Below, one piece after another: positions 33,499-43,882 of a stretch of 64,000 nucleotides of DNA. The DNA comes from Neophaeotheca triangularis. Its lineage: Eukaryota. How positions within the stretch are numbered: the stretch's first letter is position 1; each line of letters starts with the position of its first letter. Position numbers and translations under genes: made by a program. The stretch is taken from the NCBI GenBank assembly GCA_054600435.1, contig BAAIJX010000029.1:124001-188000 (forward strand). The letters are read 5' to 3'. Below the pieces are notes generated by a model that worked only from the letters and a program-made list of their open reading frames with translations, did no database searches and was not told where the DNA came from.

Positions 33499-36400
33499 TC
33501 ATCTAGGCGTCCTGCCCTGACCCTGACCCTGACTTTGCGACCCCTGTCGTTCGAAATACCCCATCCCATACCCGGACATTGCGCCCGGGCTCTGCCGAGT
33601 AGAGTTACGGCGGGAATGGTTGGGGGAATGGGCTGGGGAGAGGTTTTGGGAAGGGGAGTATAGCGGGGAAGGGCCTGGGGACTGGCGGGCTGAAAGGGAG
33701 TGGCCGAGTGTTTGGCTGGGTGATCTGCTGAAGGAGAGGTGGGGTTGCTGGGAGTATTGCTGCGGGGAGAACTGCTGCTGTGGCGGTGGTTGGGCGTACA
33801 TTTGGCCGTATTGTTGCTGAGGTTGGGCGTACTGTTGTAGTTGGCCGTGTTGCTGTAGGTTTTGCTGCTGCTGAGGCTGAGCGAACTGCTGACCGTACTG
33901 CTGCTGCTGCCCATACTGCGACTGCCCAAGCTGCTGCGCCTGCCCATACAACTGTTGGTCCCCATACCCCGTTCCATTCCCGATCCCCTGCTGCTGCATC
34001 CCCATACCATAAAGCGCACTTTCAGCATCCACACTCATCCTCGGGTCCCACTGCTGCCCAAACTGCTGCTGCTGGCCAGGACCCTGCTGCTGCATCATCA
34101 AAGCCTGCTGTTGCTGTTGCTGTTGCAGCTGCCTAGCAGCAATCTCCGCTTCGACCCGACTGCCTCTCAATCCCTTCTTCGCTTCTGCCTTCTCGCGCTC
34201 CCTTGCCGCAATACCGCCGACCAAACCGAAATTTTCATGCTCCTGCTGCTGCTGTTTAGAAGTAGCCGGAGGCAGCATAGGCGTCCCCGTGGCGCGCGCG
34301 ACGTACATTTGCTCTTTGGCGGATAGCTGCCCGCTGCTGCCGTGGTGGTGTTGCGAGAGGTAAGCGCCTGCGCCGCGGGAATTGGGGCGTGAGGTTGGAG
34401 GCGTGGTTTGGCGGTGCTGCGTCCAGTCGCCGGAGAGGGTGCGATTCAGGGGCGGGGTTTTTGAGGTTTGGCGGGAGGGGTGCTGCCGATTTTGCGTCCA
34501 GTCGCCGGAGAGGGTGCGATCCAAGGGCGGGGTTTTTGAGGTTTGGCGGGAGGGGTGATGCGTCCAGTCGCCCGAAAGGGTGCGGTTGAGGGGCGGGGTT
34601 GCGGAGTTTTGACGGAGGGTCTGGAGTTTGTTGGCGCTGGATTGGCGGTTATGGGGGTGTTTGGAGTGTGGAGGTTGTTGGGTGAGAGCGGCTTGGGAGG
34701 CGCGGTGGGCGACCCATTGTTCGGCTGTCATGGATTGTCGGGTTGAAAGGACCGGGGAGGTAGTTTGTGGTTCCCAGGCGATTGCGTTGCGGTCGCCTGG
34801 GGTGTTGCCGCTTGGAGAGCGAGCGCCTGATGGAGTTGTGCGGCCGAGGTCGAAGTAGGACTGGCGTTTTGCTTCGCCAGTGCCCGGGCTGAGGCGGGTT
34901 TGGGGTCTACTACCACTGCCAGGCCAGTCTTTTGAGCTCTCTCTGAGACGATCGGCTGATCGTGACCTGTTGCGATCTCCTGTCATGTTGCCAGGGGTCA
35001 TAGTACCGCTAGTACCTGGACGGTTGCGGCTAGTGGGCTTGTAAGTAAGCGTCGGACCAAAGTCAATGGCCGACATGTCACCCTGCTTGGCAGCCTGTTC
35101 TTGTTGCTCCCACGTGTCGAAGCGGCCAGGCAAAACATCGCGGGAAAGCAGGTTTGGGTCACCCACCGTCTTCAATTTGCCCGCTCGTGGTCTTTCATAC
35201 GATGGTCTGTCTTCTGGGCGGGTAGAGACGCTGGCTGTGCTTGCGTAGTCGGGGGTTGTGGAAGAGGCGTGCGAAATCATCGTGTTGTTACGGTGGTCGT
35301 TGTCATCACCGCCTAGATATCGGTCGAGAGCATCTTGATCTATCAAACCACGCAAACTACCGTGGTGTGAAGACGCTGGAGATGGTTGTCTGTCTGGGAG
35401 GGATGTTTGAGGCTCAAACTTTTCGCTAGAAGTTTCTGGTGCAGGTATACTGCTTGTAGATGTGGATCTAGGCACAGGCTTGCGTGTAATGCTGTGACTA
35501 GAACGAACGGGTACTGGAAGCCCCGGCCTCGACGCTGAATTCTCACTCCCGTCGCTCTGAGATTGTTGGCTAGCCAAAGCTGCTGCACCCATCCCTGCTA
35601 TTCCAGCCGCTATGCCTACACCTCCGGCCTGCAGGGACGAAAAGGTCTCGCTTTCGCTGCCTACCATTGGTGATGCCTCGATAGTAGGTAGCGTCTGGCT
35701 CGTGTCACGAGGTGGGTTGGTCACCAGCCCTTGGGAATGATCAGCAGGCGTCTCAAAAGTTCGGTTGAGTGTAGCTACCCTTTGTCGTATTTGCTCCTCT
35801 GTTGGATTGTTGTCGTCATCAGAGTCGTCTCGTCGAGTCGCGTCTTGCATCTGTTGCAACGTGGCAGCGTCGACATTCGAGTGAGCTCTACGAAGCTCGG
35901 GTGCTTGGTAGGGCTGGTTAGCAGGACGGCTATTGGGGTTGTGCGTCATCGCTGGTGGTGTCAGAACGGGCTGAGGGGCCATCATATTGGGCGACAGGTT
36001 TTGATGGTTCATCTGTTCATAGGTATTTTGAACGGTTGGTATCTCGGCTTCCGAGGCAATTGTGTTCAAGGCTGGCCGAGAGTAGGGCGCGTTGTGTCGA
36101 GGTGGTGCGGGAGGGGTCTCGTCGAAGCTTGGCCTGCTCTGCTCGTACGACAACCTGGAGGGAGTCTCTGATTGGAACTTGCGATAACCCATGGCATCGG
36201 AGGCTGACCGCTTGTGTGGGCTGCCAGTCATTTGTCCATTTGGCGCGGAATCGGTGCGCCTGGGCAACGAGAACGAGTTCTGGCTATACTGTGGCCCAAC
36301 AGGAGATCCTGTCCGCGAAGGAGGACCCGAGTGAGACGGGCTCTCGTCTCCGAACTTCACTCCGGGCCGTCCGCCTGACAAAGAGGTCCTGCTGGTCGTG

Positions 36401-38180
36401 TTACGACGCTGGCCCATCTGTCGCAGACCGCCAGGGGAGTCCTCGCCTGCTGACTGGCTGTTCATGCGAGTCGAAGTCAACTTCTTCAGCTGATTTCGCC
36501 ACTGTCTCTCACTCCAAGCTTGGCTTCCTTGCGTATGGATAAGTCCAGATACGTCCAAAATGTCCAGGTACCCATACCGCCTATCTCTTGGCATTGCGAA
36601 CATGAGCCCTCGCTGGTCCAGAGTGTCCGCAACAAGCTTGTTCGGTCGACCATACAAGCAGAATGTGTCCCAGACCGGGAAAAGCCACCTCATCATCATT
36701 TCGAAGCCCGATACGGCAGCGTGCACTTCTGGCATGATGAAAACGAATCCTTCGGTGGTTGACTCTGGCGTAGTGTGGATGGTGACTAGACCTTCCAGCT
36801 TCACGAGCGTTGACTGGTCAATCAACGGCTTCGACTGAGGGTAGATGGCGTAAACTGCGTAGGCGTCCGTTATCGTAGCAATCGGCTGGGTCTTCTTTGT
36901 CACCTTTCGTGTGTCGTAAAACTTGATGTCGCCCTTTGGTATTGTGACCTTTCTATCGTAGGCACCCTTCTTCAGAGTCTTGGTTTGTTCCTTCATCGCC
37001 TTTTGATAATCTTTCTCATCAGGTTGCGAGACTACGCACCAGCACCTCTTCCACGGTGTTCCCGCTCCAAACCTCACGCGCGCCCAGTCCTCGTGTGCAA
37101 ACTTTGACCGCTCCATGATCGCTTTAATGTTATTCAAGTGCTTGCCTTTTCCGGCGATAAGTGAGCCAGTGTAGGCTTCCTGGAGAGTGGCATGCTCGAA
37201 CATGGCTAGGCGGATTCCCGCAGTCCATTGCGTGAGGGAGTTGAGCGAGTTGAAGTGAAGGAGGTAGCGGTTGTTGGCTGCGGTTGAGATACTGAGGACA
37301 TTTTGCAGGCTGCCGCCTTGTGCGCCGTTCATAGGGAGGGATTCGATCTGACAACCGCTGTTAGCTCCGTAGTGATCAACGGTTGTTGTTGGGACGTACC
37401 ATTTTAATTGAAGCATCACTAAGGTTGACAAACGATGGAACTACCTCTCCATCTTCTCCAGCAGCGTCCAAAGCGGCCGCGTCCCACAGACTCAGCACTG
37501 TGCCCACGAGCTGAGCAAAACATTCTGTCCAAGTGCGGTCGACGCTGGGCCTGCCTCTGCTGTCCAAGTCGTGTAGCTTTAGAAAGTAGCCTTCTTGGTA
37601 GAGTTTGTTGCTATGGCTGTTGAGATAGCTGAAGATGGGAGCCAACTCTGGGGGAGTGTCCTGTGCCACATCAACCATCGGAGGCGTGTATGTCTGCATC
37701 ATGCTGGGCGGTCTGTTGAAAGCACGAGAGTCTGCTCGCGCTCGTGAGGGAGTCCGTTTTGGTGTGGTGGCAGTAGCATTGCCAGTGCCGTCGTTGCTGT
37801 TGAACGACTGGTCGATGGGAGACTGAGGAGCAGGTGAATTCTTCAGATCGGTCTCCAATAGCTGCTGTGAGACTGCTGGGGATATGGCATCGGGATTCCC
37901 ACTGACGGATGGTCGACCAGATGTGGCCTGCCGGGGTGAAGGCGAAGGACGTGTGGGTGACTGGGGGGTTTTCTCGTTGTTGGATGATACCGACGGGCTG
38001 CCCCACTGGCTCATGAAGGAGAGAACTGTAGAGAGTGAAAGAGGGTTGTGTCAGCAGGTGCGCTTCTTGCTGTTGTGGGGGGTGGAAGCAAGGGACAGGC
38101 GCCGAGGCCTTGTATCAACTCGAACCGTTGCGCTGGCTCGTGACTTGATAAATCGTTTACTTACCTCTTGAACGAGGCAT
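33499..38180 (-). CDS. Skg3/Caf120-like PH-domain protein with a long low-complexity, Q-rich C-terminus; introns 38026-38164 and 37348-37399
   Basis: Spliced start MPRSR/VLSFMSQW; LNSHSNKLYQEGYFLKLHDLD, WTECFAQLVGTVLSLWDA, STAANNRYLLHFNS, EDWARVRFGAGTPWKRCWCV and AIYPQSKPLIDQSTLVKLEG. Confidence 0.85.
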
Positions 38181-38364
38181 TTCGGTGGTGCTTGTGATGT
38201 TCGTAACACGGCCCGATCTTTATATACTCTTAAGCCGCGTAATCCGGCGTTGGCGAGTCTTTGCGGTTCCACGCCGGTCCGTTGCACAGCAGGCAGAAGT
38301 CACATGCAGCGGATTTGTTGTAGGTGAAGCGAGCGAGGGCAAGTGCAGGGTCGGAGGGAAAAGA

Positions 38365-38420
38365 GGTAGTAGTAGTAGTGGTGGTGGTGGTGGTGGTGGT
38401 GGTGGTAGTCGTCGTCGTCG
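38365..38420. repeat. Compound trinucleotide microsatellite (GTA)n(GTG)n(GTC)n
   Basis: Read directly from the sequence, upstream of the PH-protein gene. Confidence 0.9.
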
Positions 38421-38652
38421 TTGTAAAGTGCATGTCGTGGACTCGTAGTAGGTCGAAGTGGGGATTACCTGGTACTGTAGTACCTAGCGGCCGAGAAGTG
38501 GGAGTTCACGGAGTTCCAGAAAGCGGGACGAATGACGCTGCGTCAAAGGTTGAAAGACTAGGTCCCGTCCGTGGAGTCGTGCACTCGTGGCGTGGAGAAG
38601 GTTTGGACATGCGCTGAAAATGACATGCACGAGGGAAAGGGTGGAGGGGAGG

Positions 38653-38702
38653 TATTATCATTATTGTTTTTTATTATCATTATCATTATTATTATCATTA
38701 TT
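38653..38702. repeat. Imperfect (ATT/ATC)n microsatellite
   Basis: Read directly from the sequence. Confidence 0.85.
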
Positions 38703-39854
38703 GACAGCTTTGACAAGACAGTGTACTTTACCGTTACCACCAACGAGTGTTGAGATGACGGACTAGTGGACAATGGAAGATTCAAAGAAGATGATCTACA
38801 AGTGAAAGTGCGTTGATGGCGAAGATGACGAATCCCCGACACAAACGGCAGTTCCTAATGGCATGGTATGGTATGGACAAGGTACCTTACTTAATCATGA
38901 TGATAATGTGAATAACACCATGGAGACCATAGGCAGGAAGCTGTCCATTGCCTAGGACCAGGACTAAGGTAGGACGCAGGTGATGATGGATATAATAATA
39001 CCGTACATGCATACTAGGTAGTAGTTTGAGCTGGGCGGACTCGGCAACGTTCTAATCGGGTCTTCCAAGGTTGACTCTTTCCGTCTCTAGGTACCTAACC
39101 TCGTGGAAGTTTGCCACTGACCATGATGGCATCACCAATAAGTTATTTTGAGTCGGTATGAACCTGGGATCCGATGAGTTATTGACAGATGAATAGAGAG
39201 ACGGCGGACAACAATTTTCGTACATGTGAGCCGCTTTAGCCTTTCAACGTTGATACCTCACTACGCCGGCAGTCCAGGCATAGGGCTAGATACGCAAAAT
39301 GCCCTAGAATACGACAATTGGTGTCTCTTTCCGGGCTACGAGGGCAGGGTACAAAAAGTGGGCAAATGGTTCAACGATGCTCGAACCAAATCCCCCTTCG
39401 CTTCACCGTCTCCATCTAAACTTTTACTTTCTTCCTCGAGAGAGATGGCAGTAACAAATGGCAGCTAAGGTATAGGTAGGTAAGTAGAATTAATTCCCGT
39501 AGGTAAAGGTATGGGATGTATAAATGTAAAGGTAGGTATTATGTACTGACTGTACACTCATCCATTATTAGCCGGTGCTCTTCCCCCGGCGAGCGACTGA
39601 CTGCCTGACACGCGACGCGCGCGCGCATTGGGTCAGTCAAGCTCCGACCTGCTCATGCATCAACACATCTTGACCACCATAACAGCATCCCAACGCTTTC
39701 ACGTCGCACATTCGATACCATCGCCGAAACTAATCAAGCCTCCTCGAATACCATTGCTTGCGCATTACCGCCTCCAGACGTTACGAAGCCTCCGTTGCTG
39801 GGCCGGACAAGGCGCAAAACAAAACATCCGAGACCGTCGCATTGTCGCGCCAGC

Positions 39855-41266
39855 ATGGTGCGCACTAAACTGACCGGCAAACAGAGAGCGGTGAAGAGCG
39901 TGCCAAAAAAGCGATCGGCTCTGCCTAGGCCTACTCCCGAGACTGTCGCCGGCGCAGAGCAAGAGGATTCACCTAGGCCTACGAAAGCCACACCCAAGGC
40001 AAAGACCCCGAAGACCAAGGCTGATGCAATCGCCACACCAAACATTGGCACTCCCAACAACCAAGTTCACGAGTTGTCGGATGCGGACCGCGCCAAAATC
40101 AAGAGGTATTTGGACAACACACCGAAGCCCTTCAAGGTGACGGTTCATGCGCCAAACAGAGGGGTGAAGAGAAAGCGAGACGGACAAGTACACGCACCTA
40201 ACATCCAGACCGATCTGTTCGCGCCCGAACTGTCAGTGCAATTCGACATCACCCCGAATAACACTTGGGAGTGTCTGCGAAGGTATAAGAAGTTTACAGG
40301 TATGCGCGACATGACTGCATGCATAGTCTCCCACGCAAATACTAACACAGCGCGCAGTTGGACAGGAAACCGCAGCCGGTCAAGAAAGCATCGGCGTCGG
40401 TCAGTGTGTGCTAGTTAAACACGACGACCAAGATGAGGGCACAGAGGTCGAGGTTGCAGACCAGTGGAAAGCGAAAGTGCTAGAAGTGCGCGCCCTTGAT
40501 TCCGAGCACGTCTATATCCGCGTCGCATGGCTCAATCGGCCAGAAGACCTCGACGAAGGACGCAAGCCCTACCACGGCCAGTACGAGCTCATTCCGAGTA
40601 ACCACATGGACATCATTGACGCCATGTCTGTGGACGGGGGTATGGAAGTTATGGAATGGGATGAAACCGCTGATGATGGGCCCATGCCAGAGGAGCAGCA
40701 GTTCTTTTGGAGACAGACATTTGACGCGCGGACGAGGACACTTTCGGTACGTTTCAATTCCATGTCAACACTTACCTACCACAAGCTAACCACCCAGGCA
40801 GAAACTCCGACATGTTTGCGTCGACGATGCCCCTCAAAACCCCGACGGAATGATAATCCAATGCAGCAGCGCCAAATGCAGGAAATGGCTCCACCTCGTC
40901 TGCATCGCCGAAGACGCCGTCAAAACCGCCGAAACCGACAACGCTCCCGTACGACCACAAGCCACTTCAAACGGTGGCGGCAAAAGAGCCGGCGGCAAGA
41001 AATCAAAGAAGCAGCGGGAAGACACACCTCCTTCTCCTCCCACGCACGACACCGCTCACGACACAGACAAGCGGTTCATCGTCACTCACACTTCCGGCAA
41101 CGGCCGTTTCTTCGCCGGCATCTTGCTGCGGAACACCCTCCCCCATCGCGTCGAGGACATGGAGAAACCGGAGGAATCGCAGATGATCTTCTCGGACGCC
41201 AACGGCGAAAGGGAGATTAGGCCTTTGCGTTGTCTCTTCTGTCAAGAGGTCATTGAGGATGAGTGA
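39855..41266 (+). CDS. BAH-PHD chromatin reader (EPR-1/BP1/EBS-like); introns 40300-40357 and 40747-40801
   Basis: BAH motifs WKAKVLEVRALDSEHVYIRVAWLNRPEDL..GRKPYHGQYELIPSNHMDIIDA. After splicing, a PHD-like region CVDD.PQNPD..IIQCSSAKCRKWLHLVC ... LRCLFC. Confidence 0.85.
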
Positions 41267-42278
41267 AGGCTGGGTGTTTGTTGGGCTATGGAGTCACGAA
41301 TTATGACATGTTCCGCGGTGCGAAGAGATCGTGGACCGTGGCATGGCGCTTGCGCAGGGGCAGACGAGGGCACGATGCATGAACGCTTGCTAAGCTGGGT
41401 ATTTTGGAGGCGCTGCTGTGCGACTGTCCGGTCGTCGATCGCTGCAAGTCGTGGTATACGTGAACGTGTTGCACAGGGCGGCATAGCTTATGGATGTTAA
41501 CCATTAGAACGAGCGGATGTCGCTCCGTGTTTGTTATTTCTACATGGGAGCGCAAATGCTTCTTAAGAACAATCTGTCTCGGCTGCCCACACTTCCAAGG
41601 ATCCTCGCTTAAGGTACCTACCTTAAGGTAGTGTCGGTATGTAATATATTAACTGCCTTGGCACCGGCAAAGGCCTTCGGGCCGGCTGATGAACCGAATG
41701 TTGCAGCAGCGCTGGAGCGGGCCGGGTATTCTGCCGTAGATTAATAATTCCTCGGTACCTCCAGGCACAGTAGGTGAATGCTGAACTGCAATTCGGCGGG
41801 TACCTTACCTAGGTACCTTACAGAGGCGAGACTTACCAAGCCTCGTTTGGAAGGTCAAGAGCCTTTATGAAACATACCTTAGCCTTCGCCCGTGACGTTT
41901 GTTGGTAGAGAGAGCATGATATCCCTTTCTCTCGAGAGACTCGGGTAAACGAAGAGGGATTCGGGATCGGGCGAGCCGCCGGTCGAAAGTAAACGTTAGG
42001 TAGGCTTGATGAGAATGGATACCAGGTGCCCTTTGCTCCCCTTTGAACCCGATAGGCTATAGGTGCTGTCAGACCTCGTAATAATACTTCGCATTGTTGT
42101 CGCCCAAGGCCATAAGTTACCGCTAGGGATTGTCGTCGCCATCGCTAAACGTTCTGGCAGTTATTATAGGCGCGATGATCCCACTCGGCAATACTACTAC
42201 CGGCCACCTCAAACACCCTTTTACTTGATACCGACTGACACTTCTTCTGCTTCTGCTTCCTACCCCTCTCTCTTGTCA

Positions 42279-42293
42279 CTCTCTCTCTTTCTC

Positions 42294-42329
<36 letters not shown>
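42279..42329. repeat. Imperfect (CT)n tract in the 5' region of the epimerase gene
   Basis: Read directly from the sequence. Confidence 0.9.
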
Positions 42330-42331
<2 letters not shown>

Positions 42332-42488
42332 GCTCCATCCCCGCCCGCAGTCTGTCTTTACCGGTAGGAAAGCGTTTGTCTGCGAAACTTTATTGACCTC
42401 CATCTGCGCGCCAATTAAAAGGGGATCATCTCGCATAGCTTCCATTGCTATTGTCTCCTCTGGACTTGACTTGGACTCTACTGTCGGT

Positions 42489-43882
42489 ATGAGTGATAGC
42501 ACTGCCGCCGACACGGCCGACCCCGCATCTAGTGGGAAGCCTGCCGTGTTGATTGTCGGAGGCTTAGGTATGTTTCGAAACACCTTTTACCTTATTACCA
42601 TTCTTGTGACAAGTCGACAAGTATCCGATCATCTACAAAGCTTGCTACCGAGCTTACTACTATGCCACACTCTCAAAACTAACGCGCCTCCTTTTCTCTT
42701 CCATCAGGCTACATAGGCCGACACCTCGCCCACCACATCCACAGCAACAACCTCGCCTCAACCCTCCGCCTAGTCGACAAGCAACTCCCCCAACTCGCCT
42801 CCCTCGCCCCCGAACACGTCGACGCCCGTTCCGAATCCAACTTCCTCCAAGCCGACGCCTCGCGCCCGCAATCCCTCCCTCGAATCTTCGACCTTCCCTC
42901 CGATCCCTCAACCCCCGACCAACCGCGCAACTTCGATTATGTCTTCAACTGCGGCGGTGAAACACGCTTCTCCCAGGACGACGAAGTCTACAAACTGCGC
43001 AGCCACGCCCTCTCCCTCAACATCGGCCAAGAAGCCGCCAAACGCAACTGCCGCGCCTTCATCGAACTGTCCACCGGCACCGTCTACTCCCCCGTACGTA
43101 CCCCCTGCAAAGAGGCCGAAGCCAAAACAGACAAACCCCACACCAAGCAAGCCAAATGGAAACTCGCGGCCGAAGAAGCCCTCTCGGAAATCCCCAACCT
43201 CCGCCTCTGCGTCCTGCGCCTCGCCTACGTCTACGGCCCCTACGCAACCCGCTGGATAGGCACCCAACTAGCCCTCGCCCGCCTCTACCAAGAACGCAGC
43301 AAAGAAAAGCCCGAGAAAATGAAATACCTCTGGAGCGGCGAAATGCGCACAAACACGGTCCACATCGCCGACGCCGTGCGCGCCTGCTGGACGGCAGCGG
43401 AATGGCGCTCCAGCCACAACACCCTCCCGGAAACCGAACTTTCTTCCTCCACCTCCTCTTCCTCCTCCAACCCCTCCTCCCACGCCAACAAATCCTGCGT
43501 CTTCAACATTGTAGACCACAGCCAAACCTCGCAATCCACCATGGCGACCCTCATCCACAACATCTTCGGCATCGAGACGGGTTTCCAAAACGCCTTCGTC
43601 AACACTTTCGCTCGCTTGAATTTGGAATACGTCGTCGACGACGTCAACGACGACACTCTGGACGATTGGGCGGAATTGCAAGAGCGAGCCGGGGTCCGGG
43701 ATCAGGGGGGTGCGAGTCTGAGCCCGTTTATGGAGAAGGAGGTGCTAAGGGACGCGGATTTGAGTCTGGATGGCGGCCGGTTTGAGAGGGTTGCCGGCTT
43801 TCGCTATGAGAAGGAGAGGATTACCGAGGAGGAGGTGCAGCGGGTTATTGAGAGTTATAAAAGGATGGGGTGGTGGCCTTGA
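42489..43882 (+). CDS. NAD-dependent epimerase/dehydratase family protein; intron 42568-42707
   Basis: Splicing restores VLIVGGLGYIGRHLA; VDKQLPQLA, FDYVFNCGGETR, LRLAYVYGPY, NTVHIADAVRA, VFNIVD and SYKRMGWWP-stop follow. Confidence 0.88.

Noticed and set aside
41885..41975. Nested hairpin potential (TCGCCCG/CGGGCGA, ATCCCT/AGGGAT, TCTCTCGAGAGA)
   Set aside because: No SRP, RNase P/MRP, snoRNA or riboswitch consensus was recognised, so I cannot support an ncRNA call without covariation data.
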